Source: Clostridia bacterium (GTDB lineage Bacteria > Bacillota > Clostridia > UMGS1883). From it: DNA of 64,000 nt. Under the pieces are notes generated by a model, which was not told the DNA's origin, ran no database searches, and saw nothing but the letters and a program-made list of their open reading frames with translations. Position numbers and translations under genes: made by a program. Where the stretch lies: contig JAFQLL010000096.1 of the NCBI GenBank assembly GCA_017414645.1, forward strand, positions 234-64,233. Reading direction: 5' to 3'. How positions within the stretch are numbered: position 1 is the stretch's first letter; every line of letters begins with the position of its first letter. Shown in pieces: positions 24,871 to 35,400 of this stretch.

Positions 24871-27800
24871 TTATTCGCCGTAAATTTCAACCTCGGAAAG
24901 ACTGCTCCAGCCGGAAACGGTGTTGCCCTTTACCACAATTTTTACATAGCGACCTGTTTTGTTTGTAATAAACTTCACAAAGTCGCCCGAATAAGGAATG
25001 CTGTTGCCTTTGAAGACAGATTCAAAGCTGAGGTTATCTTCGGAGATATAAACCTCATAGGGAATGTAGCGGTCATCGCTATACTTTGTAAAGGCTACAT
25101 TTACGCCCGTAATTTTGTATACACTACCTAAATCGTACACAATATTCTGCTCACCGTTAGATGTCCATACTGTAGAAAGACTTCCGTCGCAGGAATCTGT
25201 GGCCGGGTGATTGCTTTCGGGCTCCTGGCTTGCCGTAACAGCAGTGGGTACAAGCTTTTTTGTTACGGATGCTGTTTTGTCGTTTAAGCCTATGGGCACA
25301 AGAGAATTTGTTTTATTCCAGATAAAGAGACCTACTCTATAGCCGTCGAAGGATTTAGTGAAAGTTACTTCGCCACATTGAGGTGTTGCCGAAAGGGTAA
25401 TGGGCTTGCTTTCTGCAAAAACAAGAGCCCCGTTTTCGTCGTATGCAACGCCTATCAGAACGCCTTCGCCTTCATTCTGGTCATAGGCAAGATATTTTAC
25501 GTTTTTGCCCTCTACAGAAACAACCTGTACATCGGCAGCAGCCTTGCGTGTTGTAAGAGAATAGGTAAGGTCGCTGAGGGACGGGCCTACACTAATGCCG
25601 CCTGCGCCTGTTACAGATGCCCAGTACTTTAAGGTTTTGAAGCTTCTGCCTTCAAGAGAAAAGGCTTTTGTATATTTCTTAAGGCCGTCGCTGCCTGCAA
25701 TGGTTGCAGTACACATGTTGGTATCGTAATCGAATTCTATTGTTACAAACCATGTGGTAGAGCTGCGGTTCATGGGCTCTTCACCATCGCCGGATACGCT
25801 CCAGGAGGACTGAATGCCCACAAAATCACCATCGAGAATTTTTGCCGTTGTGGGATCTGCAGATGAGAAATACCACTGGGCTATATTAATAATGTTATTG
25901 CCGTAGGTATCCAAAAACTCAAGTCCGAAGCCGTATTCGTGGCCGTCCCAGTTCCAGTTTGTGCCGTCAATTTTTCTGCCGCCGGTATTGAACTTAAAGG
26001 ATACTGTAGCTTTGTTGTTATAATAGGGTTCAAATTCACGTTCAAAGTATGCGCCTGTGGTGCTTTCCGCAAGATTTAAGGATGCATAGTCTACACCACC
26101 CCGGAAGGATGCATCTGTTGATGTAAAGCTGTTTGTGCCTAAAGCGTCGATATTTTCAACGCCTACAACGGTTACCGTGCAATAGGCTTCGAAGCCACCG
26201 TCACGGGTGGTTGCCTTAATTTCACAACTGCCTTCGCCTACGCCTGTCACATTGCCACCTGAAACAGTAGCCACGCTTTCGTCGTCACTTTCCCAGATAA
26301 TGCCTTTCTTTGTGGCATTTTCGGGTTCAAGGCGTGCTGTAAGACGATAGCTCTGCCCCTGCTTGATTGTTAATTCTTCACTTGAAAGGCTTACACCCTC
26401 AACGGGTGTACCCGTTACATAAAAAGGAACCGTATAGGGCACCTTGGGCGCAAGATAGTTCTGTGTAACGCCTGCAGAGTTGACAGCCAGTGCAGCAGAG
26501 CCTATATAGTAGCTTGCATGAGGCGGCTGGTTGTACGCAACATTCTGCCATGCGATAGCAAGGCGGTACTGGCAGTCGTGCATAAGTGTTGTAAGACGGT
26601 AGGTTGTGGGGAGCACACTTGTCATAACACGAAGATAAGGCACTTCGCCCTCACCCTTGCCTACAGGCATGATAATTTCTTCTCGCCAGTCGCCCCAGAG
26701 GTCGGCAACAAGCGAAGGATTAGCCTTTGTGCTATTGTTTGCCGTACCGGGGATATATCCGTTTCTGTCGTTATAAAAACGGAGGGTCCAGCCATGCTCT
26801 GCATCGTATTTTGCCAGCTGGTTATCATCCAGCATTTCACGTGACAAATCTCCGTCCCAATATGCAAAGAAGTTTGTCATACCGCGTGAATTTGTGCCCG
26901 GCTTACCATTAACTGCACTACCCGTAAGGTCATGTGCATCGCCTGTGGCGTAGCTCCAGCCGAGAGAGAGCGCATTGGGATGTGTTTTTGCATATTCATC
27001 GTCAACATTTGCCATTGCACCACGACCGTTATCGCCACTGCCGGGGATTGCGTAAATAGTTTGTCCCGTCGCTGCCACGCGGAAATGCTCAGCAGCAGTC
27101 TTATAGCCTGCGCTGTCCTCCTTAACAGAGAAAACCTCCTGCACGCCGTCGTTATTAAAGTCGCTTACATGCATAGCATCACCATGACCGAGGTATGTGT
27201 TACCCATTGCAACACCGTTATCGTCCAGCACAGCTGAACCATAAACTATTTCGTCCTTACCATCGTTATCAACGTCTGCTACTGCAAGGTTGTGGTTGCC
27301 CTGGCCATAAAGGCTTGTTGCACTCTTGCTTGTACCCTTATGCTCCCACACCAGTTCAAGTGTACTTCCGTCCCACTTATACGCACGTACTACTGCCGCA
27401 TTATAGTAGCCGCGGCATTCAATATAGTGAGGCGTTTTACCATCAATATATGCAACAGCTGCAAGGTAACGCTCACTTCTGTTGTAGTTATTGTCGCCCC
27501 AGGAGGATACCGCATTACGGGTAATACCCTCTCTTGTATATAAAGCTTCACCTGTTTCGCCGTCAAAAATTGTAACATATTCACCGCCCGAGGTGGGTAT
27601 ACCCTTGCCGGAGAGGTGAACAGCATAGTTATCGGCGTTTCTGATTTCGGCAGTGTCGCCAACCTCTGTTACAAACTTTCCCGTACCGTCAATTGTTCCG
27701 GGAGCCGTTTTCATGGCAATTTCGCTTTTGCCGTCACCGTCAAAGTCGTAAACCATGAACTGTGTATAGTGTGCGCCTGCACGGATGTTTTTACCCATAT

Positions 27801-28524
27801 CGATACGCCACATATAGCTTGTGTTATCGCTTTTCATTTCGTAGCCGTCGATGTATACATTGCCTGTATAGCCACCTGAGGCAGAGTCCTTTGAGTCGGA
27901 GGGGTCCCATTTCAAAACAATTTCGTAATCACCGTCACCGTCAAGGTCGCCAACAGAAGCATCGTTTGCGCCTGCTTCAACATCGCCAACGGTGTAGTAG
28001 CGGCTTGTACCGCCACCGTGGTTTGTCACATTGGCAGGTGTGAAAATGGGAATATCAATATAACTGAAAGCATTCGGCTTACTTGTGCCGTTTTTTACAA
28101 GGCTTGCGCGAGCATATTTTGCATGCTCTTTCCATACCTTTGTTGCAGGTTCGCTCGAGGCACTTTCGCCCTTTTTAACTACTTTATAGGTGCTTGCTTC
28201 TGTACCTGCGGTATCAAGATAATATGTGGCATCGTGTATGCCTGTTGTATATATTTTCACATTATTACGGTAAATGTCGAAGGCCTGATTTGTAAGGCTT
28301 TCGTCACCAAGAAGCCTCCAGGAAAGTGCCACCCCGGCACTTATTCCGTTGGTGGGAGCACCACTTGTTTTGACTGCAACAAGACCACGGTTAAGTTTTT
28401 CCATTTGTCTTGCTACACTCTGGTAACGGGGCATGTTTTCTTCTGCCGCCGAAGAGATAACGGGCATTGCCGATAAAAGCATTGCGCCCGCTACAACTAA
28501 AGATACGAACCTTTTCATTTTCAC
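24871..28524 (-). CDS. Secreted rhamnogalacturonan lyase (PL11, YesW/YesX-like beta-propeller) + Big_2 + unassigned beta-sandwich modules + C-terminal F5/8 type C (CBM32-like)
   Basis: Signal peptide MKMKRFVSLVVAGAMLLSAMPVISSA. Blades VGDLDGDGDYEIVLKWDPSDSKD, VYDFDGDGKSEIAMKT, VADVDNDGKDEIVYGS. AWQNVAYNQPPHASYY. Big_2 (LTIKQGQSYRLTARLEPENATKKGIIWESDDESVATV). Confidence 0.85.
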   Translation of the reverse strand: MKMKRFVSLVVAGAMLLSAMPVISSAAEENMPRYQSVARQMEKLNRGLVAVKTSGAPTNGISAGVALSWRLLGDESLTNQAFDIYRNNVKIYTTGIHDATYYLDTAGTEASTYKVVKKGESASSEPATKVWKEHAKYARASLVKNGTSKPNAFSYIDIPIFTPANVTNHGGGTSRYYTVGDVEAGANDASVGDLDGDGDYEIVLKWDPSDSKDSASGGYTGNVYIDGYEMKSDNTSYMWRIDMGKNIRAGAHYTQFMVYDFDGDGKSEIAMKTAPGTIDGTGKFVTEVGDTAEIRNADNYAVHLSGKGIPTSGGEYVTIFDGETGEALYTREGITRNAVSSWGDNNYNRSERYLAAVAYIDGKTPHYIECRGYYNAAVVRAYKWDGSTLELVWEHKGTSKSATSLYGQGNHNLAVADVDNDGKDEIVYGSAVLDDNGVAMGNTYLGHGDAMHVSDFNNDGVQEVFSVKEDSAGYKTAAEHFRVAATGQTIYAIPGSGDNGRGAMANVDDEYAKTHPNALSLGWSYATGDAHDLTGSAVNGKPGTNSRGMTNFFAYWDGDLSREMLDDNQLAKYDAEHGWTLRFYNDRNGYIPGTANNSTKANPSLVADLWGDWREEIIMPVGKGEGEVPYLRVMTSVLPTTYRLTTLMHDCQYRLAIAWQNVAYNQPPHASYYIGSAALAVNSAGVTQNYLAPKVPYTVPFYVTGTPVEGVSLSSEELTIKQGQSYRLTARLEPENATKKGIIWESDDESVATVSGGNVTGVGEGSCEIKATTRDGGFEAYCTVTVVGVENIDALGTNSFTSTDASFRGGVDYASLNLAESTTGAYFEREFEPYYNNKATVSFKFNTGGRKIDGTNWNWDGHEYGFGLEFLDTYGNNIINIAQWYFSSADPTTAKILDGDFVGIQSSWSVSGDGEEPMNRSSTTWFVTIEFDYDTNMCTATIAGSDGLKKYTKAFSLEGRSFKTLKYWASVTGAGGISVGPSLSDLTYSLTTRKAAADVQVVSVEGKNVKYLAYDQNEGEGVLIGVAYDENGALVFAESKPITLSATPQCGEVTFTKSFDGYRVGLFIWNKTNSLVPIGLNDKTASVTKKLVPTAVTASQEPESNHPATDSCDGSLSTVWTSNGEQNIVYDLGSVYKITGVNVAFTKYSDDRYIPYEVYISEDNLSFESVFKGNSIPYSGDFVKFITNKTGRYVKIVVKGNTVSGWSSLSEVEIYGE

Positions 28525-29312
28525 GCTTCCTTTCTGTAGGTACTGGGCGATTTTCCGAAAAAGGAACGAAACGCAGTAGAAAAGTAAAGCTGGTCGTCAA
28601 AGCCCACACTCAATGCAACCTGACCTATTGAAAGGCTGGTTTCACGAAGAAGCTTTGCTGCCGTTTTTAATTTGTATTCCATTATATACTTTTTGGGCGA
28701 CACCCCCAGCTTTTCCTTAAAGAGCCTGTATAAGTAGCTGCGGTCGATACCCACGTAGTTACTTATCTGGTCAACATTTATTGAAACATCGTAATAGAAG
28801 GTATGCACATAGCTTATGGCAGCCTTAACGTATTCGTCAGCCATGGAAACGCTCTTGGGTTTGTCAACCACAAGTGTGCCGAGGAATTCGTATAAAAGAC
28901 CTGTTATTTCGTAGGGGTTAACAGGCTCGCTCTGTGCAAGCCGTGTTATTGGGTCCTCTGAGCGAGGTGTGGAATAAACCACAGGTGTTTCAGGCGACAG
29001 TGAGGTTGCCGACAGGTATTTAGTAACTGCAGTACCGTTAAACTCAACCCAGCTGTATTCCCAGGGGTCGTCCTCACTTGCTACATAATAAGTAATTTCG
29101 TCGGGATAAATAATGAAAGCATCGTGCGCCTTCAGGTTATATACCTGGTCACCTACGGAATATGTACCGCTTCCTTTATGTATGTAATGTATAAGAAAAT
29201 TACTTCGTACAAAGTTGCCAATAGAATAGCCCGGCACACAATTTTCGTGCCCGTATTGAATTATGTTGAAATCAGCAAATTCACGAAAACGGTTTATAAC
29301 TGTTCTTCTCAT
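28521..29312 (-). CDS. AraC-family transcriptional regulator (cupin sensor + HTH)
   Basis: N-terminal cupin (FLIHYIHKGSGTY...AFIIYPDE) and C-terminal AraC HTH (SINVDQISNYVGIDRSYLYRLFKEKLGVSPKKY...). The stop overlaps the PL11 start (ATGA). ATG 29312 with SD AAGGAAG. Confidence 0.85.
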   Translation of the reverse strand: MRRTVINRFREFADFNIIQYGHENCVPGYSIGNFVRSNFLIHYIHKGSGTYSVGDQVYNLKAHDAFIIYPDEITYYVASEDDPWEYSWVEFNGTAVTKYLSATSLSPETPVVYSTPRSEDPITRLAQSEPVNPYEITGLLYEFLGTLVVDKPKSVSMADEYVKAAISYVHTFYYDVSINVDQISNYVGIDRSYLYRLFKEKLGVSPKKYIMEYKLKTAAKLLRETSLSIGQVALSVGFDDQLYFSTAFRSFFGKSPSTYRKEA

Positions 29313-29462
29313 AAATATCACTTCCTTATTTTATGATTATAGAATATCGCAAAATCTAATGTTTTGTCAACAAACATGTCACATTTACAAATATTTTCAC
29401 AACAAATTCATATACAAATGCGTTTTTCGTTGCGGTATTATAGGATTAAAGGATGTGATATC

Positions 29463-31115
29463 TTGAATTTATTGAAAATTGCAGAAAAAATTGCATACAG
29501 GTATATGGAGCTTAATCCCGAAAACGAGCTTTTGTACAAGGCTTTTTACTCGGGCGGTGTGCGCCGCGGATATGACTACCGCTACGAGGCAGACATGAAC
29601 AAATTATTCCCCGAGGCAAAAATCGGTGACGAGGCAACAGTGAAATGTGTTTACCTTTCAGGCGGCGACGGTTCCATAGGTATGGAAATTACACTTTTTG
29701 GCACAACTGCCCTTTACGTTAACGGCGAAAAACTGTTTCAGTCAGATATTTATAATGAAAGAAACAACCATATTTCCAACCGACTGGATGTTCCCGTTAA
29801 AAAAGGCGTTAACGACATTGAGCTTCGTTTTAAGAAAACAGCTTTGGGCTTCGGTGCGATTTTCGGCACCCACCTTGCCAAATGGAATTATATTTTTATG
29901 AATCCCAATGACCATGAGCAGGAGGGTTGCATTTACCGCCTTAACGACGGAAAGTGGCTTCCCGAAACCTACACATGGAATGCAGACTCTTTATCAGAGG
30001 AAGAAAAGGCAAACATTCTTGATCCTGACAATGTTGATGCACGAAAGCTTGCCGGTGATAACATGTGGATACGCCCTTACCTTGGGAACGGAAGCTTTGG
30101 CCACTGGAATTATCCTTTAGGGGTTGTTATGTACGGCTTAATGCGCACTGCAGCTCTTTTAGGCGACAAGAAGATAGAAGAATACACCAAGGCACACATT
30201 CAGCGCACTCTCGACACCTTCGACTACGCTATGTGGGATAAGGACTTTCACGGTGGCGCAGCAAGTGTTCACAATCTTCTCTCCAGTATCGACTCGTTGG
30301 ATGACTGCGGTGCTTTCTGTGCAGCAGTTGAAGAAGCAACCCTTCTTTATGGGTTGGACTCGAAAAAGGTTTGCGACTTTGTAGCAGATTACATAGAAAA
30401 CAATCAGCCCCGTAACGACGATGGTTCCTTCTGCAGACAGAATCAGCTGCACTCCTTCCACAACGAAACCATGTGGCTTGACGACATGTACATGAGCGTG
30501 CCATTCCTTGTAAGGCGCTACAAATTAACAAACGATGAGAAGTATTTAAACGATGCAATAAATCAGTTTGTTCAGTATAAAAAGTGGTTGTACATGGAAG
30601 AGAGGAACCTTATGAGCCATGTTTACGACTTAAGACACGACATACCCACCCTTGTTCCCTGGGGCAGAGGCAATGGTTGGTTTATTTTCTCTTTGACAGA
30701 GCTTCTGGCTGTTTTGCCCAAGGAGCACGCTAAGAGAGAATTTCTTGAAGACTTTTTCAAGACCCTTGCGAAGGGTTATCTTGTTCATCAGTCGCCCGAT
30801 GGCAGATGGCGCCAGGTTATTGACGATGAAGAGGCTTACCTTGAAACAAGCTGTACTGCAATGTTTGCTTGCAGCTTTATGCGTGGCTGGAGAATGGGGC
30901 TTCTCGGAGACGAGTATAAGGCTTCTGCAGAAAAGGCTGTTGAAAGCATTGTAACAAATTGTGTTGACGAAGGCGGCAATGTTTACGGCGTATGCCGCGG
31001 CAGCGAATTCAGCTTTTCCAATGATTACTATAAATACGACCTGCTTCCCCGTGACAATGACACTCACGGCATAGGCATTGTATTATTATCAATATATGAG
31101 GTGACGATAAAATGA
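29463..31115 (+). CDS. Cytoplasmic GH105-family unsaturated rhamnogalacturonyl hydrolase with an extra N-terminal beta-sandwich
   Basis: MWLDDMYMSVPFLVRRYKLTNDEKYLNDA and WGRGNGWFIFSLTELL (YteR/YesR-type motifs). No signal peptide. The start is uncertain: TTG 29463 (SD AAAGGA) or ATG 29505. Confidence 0.75.
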   Translation: MNLLKIAEKIAYRYMELNPENELLYKAFYSGGVRRGYDYRYEADMNKLFPEAKIGDEATVKCVYLSGGDGSIGMEITLFGTTALYVNGEKLFQSDIYNERNNHISNRLDVPVKKGVNDIELRFKKTALGFGAIFGTHLAKWNYIFMNPNDHEQEGCIYRLNDGKWLPETYTWNADSLSEEEKANILDPDNVDARKLAGDNMWIRPYLGNGSFGHWNYPLGVVMYGLMRTAALLGDKKIEEYTKAHIQRTLDTFDYAMWDKDFHGGAASVHNLLSSIDSLDDCGAFCAAVEEATLLYGLDSKKVCDFVADYIENNQPRNDDGSFCRQNQLHSFHNETMWLDDMYMSVPFLVRRYKLTNDEKYLNDAINQFVQYKKWLYMEERNLMSHVYDLRHDIPTLVPWGRGNGWFIFSLTELLAVLPKEHAKREFLEDFFKTLAKGYLVHQSPDGRWRQVIDDEEAYLETSCTAMFACSFMRGWRMGLLGDEYKASAEKAVESIVTNCVDEGGNVYGVCRGSEFSFSNDYYKYDLLPRDNDTHGIGIVLLSIYEVTIK

Positions 31116-32350
31116 CACTTAACGAAATAACAAGACTTGATTTAACCCCTGCAGGCAAGTTCTGCAGAATGTGGCTTGGAGACATTAACAACGACGGCAG
31201 AATGGAAATTCTGATGGTACAGCCCGACTCTCACTTTGACGACAGATACTGGCCTCACAGCGTGCAGGCAGTTACAGCCTTCGATTTAGAGGGTAATGTT
31301 CTCTGGCAGATTGGCGAGGTTGACCCTGACGCTAAGGCTTCCGGTGCCGATATTCCCTGCCAGGTATATGACATTAACCGCGACGGCCAGCTTGAAATTA
31401 TTTGTGCAATGGACGATTGTATCTGCCTTTTCAACGGCAAGGACGGTTCTTTTATTTCAAAACACCCTCTTCCCGATGAGCACGCTCATGACTGCATTAT
31501 GATATGCGACTTAGAGGGCACAGGCTATGCACAGAATATTATAGTTAAAAACCGTTATCAAAAAGCATGGGCTCTTGATAAGGAATTCAATGTAATGTGG
31601 GAGCACGAAGGTAACACAGGCCATTACCCCTGGTGCTACGACCTTGATGGCGACGGCAGAGACGAGGTTATTGTAGGCTACGATGTTCTTAACTATAAGG
31701 GTGAAACCCTCTGGACAATTGACATGAAGGACCATGCCGACTGTATCTGGGTTGGCGACATCAACAGCGACAATAAGCCCGAGGTTGTTATCGGCGGTGA
31801 CGATTTCACAGCATATACAAATGATGGTGAGCTCCTCTGGCGCTTTACCGATACAGTGGAAAGCCAGAACGTTGCAATCGGTAACCTTCGTCCCGAGCTT
31901 CCCGGTCTTGAAATTTGCGGTCTCGACAGAATTGACCGTTCAAACCCCGGTCTTGATGGTATTTTCCTTGTTTCATCAACAGGCGAATGCCTTTACAAGG
32001 AAAAGCGCACAATTCCCGGTTGGAGCAGCGCTTGTACCGTAATAAACAATCTTGACGGCAACCACGCCGACCACATTCTCGCATTCCGTCGTGGTGGTGG
32101 AATGCCCAATGCAGTGTATGACGGCTATCTGAACACAGTTTTCAACTTCCCCTTTGACGGTTATGTTGCATGGGGCGATCTGGTTGATAGCGGTACAGAT
32201 CAACTTATTGTTTACTCCAACGATGAAGCTGTGATATACTCTTCTAAGGAGATAGACATAACAAAGACACAGGAAAAGACACTTCCCCAGCCTAAGCGAC
32301 TTTACAACAATACTCGCTACTGGGGTGGCGAAGCATACAAAAAGGGTTAA
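31112..32350 (+). CDS. Cytoplasmic FG-GAP-like beta-propeller repeat protein, function unknown
   Basis: Repeated D-x-[DN]-x-D-G-x-x-E blades (WLGDINNDGRMEILMV, VYDINRDGQLEIICAM, CYDLDGDGRDEVIVGY, WVGDINSDNKPEVVIGG). The ATG overlaps the GH105 stop (ATGA). SD TGAGGTGA. Confidence 0.75.
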   Translation: MTLNEITRLDLTPAGKFCRMWLGDINNDGRMEILMVQPDSHFDDRYWPHSVQAVTAFDLEGNVLWQIGEVDPDAKASGADIPCQVYDINRDGQLEIICAMDDCICLFNGKDGSFISKHPLPDEHAHDCIMICDLEGTGYAQNIIVKNRYQKAWALDKEFNVMWEHEGNTGHYPWCYDLDGDGRDEVIVGYDVLNYKGETLWTIDMKDHADCIWVGDINSDNKPEVVIGGDDFTAYTNDGELLWRFTDTVESQNVAIGNLRPELPGLEICGLDRIDRSNPGLDGIFLVSSTGECLYKEKRTIPGWSSACTVINNLDGNHADHILAFRRGGGMPNAVYDGYLNTVFNFPFDGYVAWGDLVDSGTDQLIVYSNDEAVIYSSKEIDITKTQEKTLPQPKRLYNNTRYWGGEAYKKG

Positions 32351-32439
32351 GCCCTTTTTTGTGCGTTTTAAGAAGGAAATAATTTAAGCTAAAAATGGGG
32401 AAATTCAGGTGAATTTCTTTAAATTAAAGGGGGATAACT

Positions 32440-35400
32440 ATGAAAAAACTTTTGGTAACATTAGTAATTGTAATGCTGTCGTTCACAGCATTAACAGCGC
32501 TTGCCGCACCCGACGGCGGCTTGGTTGCAGTAAAGGTTGAAGACGGCGTTTACCTTTCCTGGCAGATGACAGGCGAAAGCTACAATCTTTATCGCGACGG
32601 TCAGCTTATATTGACAACAAACAAAACAAACTACACCGACCCTGACGGAACAGTGGATTCCGTATATAACCTGGAAGGACAGGAAGCGGTAAAAGTGTGG
32701 GCAAAGCAGTATCTCGAAATACCTGTGGTTAAGCCCGAACCCACCGTTAACGGTGTTACATACTCTCCCAATGATGCCGCCATTGATGACCTCGACGGCG
32801 ACGGCGAGTATGAAATTGTTTTAAAGTGGGACCCTTCTGACTCTAAGGATGCGGCAACAGGCGGCAATTCTGACAGGGTTTATATCGACGCATACGAATT
32901 TGACGGCACCTTTATGTGGCGCATAAACATGGGCATAAATGTTCGTGCAGGCGCACACGATACACAGATGGTTGTGTACGATTTAGACCAGGACGGCAAG
33001 GCAGAGGTTGCGCTTCGTACCTGCGACGGCACTGTTGACGGCACAGGCACGGTAATAGGCGACCCCAACGCAGTTTACACTAACGTATGGTGCGGCAAAA
33101 ACATTGACGGTCCCTTGTTTTTAAGCGTTTTTGAAGGCGCAACAGGCAAAGAGGTTACACGAGTGCCCTATGACCCACAGAACAACGAACCTTCAACAGC
33201 AATCTTTGGCGACACAGCAGGCAACCGCAGTGAACGTTACAATGCATGTGTTGCTTACCTTGACGGCGCAACACCCCATCTTGTAACACAGCGCGGTTAC
33301 TACGGAGGCAAAGCAGGCAAGGGTCCCGGCAGAACAGTTGTTGCTGCATACACATATAAGGATGGTACCCTTACAAAAGCTTTGCGCTTCGACACAATGG
33401 ATGAGGGCAACGACGTTTACATCGGTCAGGGCAACCACAACCTCTCCGTTGGCGATGCCGATGGTGACGGCTGCGACGAAATTTTCCTTGGCTCACTCAC
33501 CCTTGATAATGACCTTTCCGTGCTCTGGTGCTCAGGCAAGGGTCACGGTGACGCTCAGCATTTAGGCGATTTCGACCCCGACAACGAGGGCATGGAATAC
33601 TTCTCCGTACATGAAGGCGGCCGCTTCGGCTATACCATTTATGACGCAGGCACAGGCGATATTCTCTTCCACGAAAACGCAGGTAAGGATACAGGCAGAG
33701 GATTGATTGCGAACCCCGGACCCTTCCGCGGCAACTTTATTGTCAACGTGGGTAGCGGTGCAAGACGTATCAATTCCCTCGGTGAAACAGTTACAGACGT
33801 TGATGATACAGGTCAGAACTTCCGTATTTACTGGGACGGCGACCTTTACGACGAGTTCTTAGGCGGCACAGGTATTGTAGACGTGAATACAGACGGCCAC
33901 GGCGAAGTTCTTATCGACACATGGAACGACGGCTGTGCAGCAAATAACGGCAGCAAGTCCAACCCCTGCTTACAGGCAGATATTTTAGGCGACTGGCGTG
34001 AAGAGGTTATCTGGAGAACACAGGATAACAACGCAATCCGCATTTATACTACAACTATTCCTACAGACTTTTCAGTTCCGCCTCTTATGACAGACCATGT
34101 TTACCGCATGGGTATTGTATGGCAGAACAGTAGCTATAACCAGCCTCCCCACTTAAGCTACTACTTAGAGAGTGGCGTTAAGCTCACAATTGACTCGGCA
34201 GAGGCTGACATCAGCGGTGTTAAGGTGCCTCTTGACGCACCTGCTTATATAGCAGATGACCGCACAATGGTTCCCTTACGCTTCATTGCAGAGGCATTTG
34301 ATGCCAATGTAGGCTATGACAACGGCGTTGTAACAATTGAAAAGGACAACACAATATTCAAAACAACAATCGGCACAAATACATACACATTAAACGGCAT
34401 AGAAAAAACAATGGATACACAAAGTGTTATTGTAAACGATCGCACAATGGTGCCCGTAAGAGTTGTTCTGGAAGCATTCGGCATGAATGTAAGCTGGAAC
34501 GGTGAAACACGCGAGGTTACAATCACACGAGGAAAGGCAAGGCGTGACAAGGTGAAAATTTTTGTAGCGAGCGACTCCACAGCTCAGACATACCGCGAAA
34601 ATGCAGCCCCCCAGGCAGGCTGGGGACAGATGCTTCATATGTTCTTCGACGATTCCGTCGAGATTCATAACCGAGCAATGGCAGGCAGAAGCCTTAAGAG
34701 CTTCTTCAACGAAGGCAGATGGGGCTCCATTCTGAACGATGCACAGGCAGGCGACTATGTAATTATTCAGTTTGGTCATAACGACGGCGCATGGAACAAA
34801 CCCGAAAGATACTCCAGCCACGAAGACTTTGCCGCAATGCTTGAAACGGAATACATCAAGCCTGCACTTGAAAAGGGCATGAATGTTATCATTGCATCAC
34901 AGACACAGTCCAGATGGTTTAACGAAGAAACAGGCACAATCTGGGAGCCCGGCGATGGTGTGAGCTATGCAACACTTCTTCGTGATGCAGCAGAAAAGTA
35001 CAACCTTCCCTTTATTGACATTAACAAAACCTCCCGTGCAGTTGCAAACAGCTACGGCATGGAAGGCTCCGAGGTGCTTTATCTTGCCGATAAAACACAC
35101 TTCACCTATCATGGTGCTTTCAAAGTTGCCGAGCTTATGGCCGAGGGCTTGTACACAATTCCCGACATGGTTGCAAGAAAGGACAACGGCTACCGTCAGA
35201 TTGCAACCTTCACAGGCGAGCAGGTGTTTGACGTTCGCGGATGGGGCTTTGCCGACAAGTTCCGCGTTGTTATAAAGGGCGGCACAAACGTTACAATAAA
35301 CGGCGAAACCTACCTTACATGGGAAATGGACAACACTCTTGTTACAGAGGCACTTCCCGTTAACGGAAGAATAACAATCAATGCATCAGGTGAAGCAACA

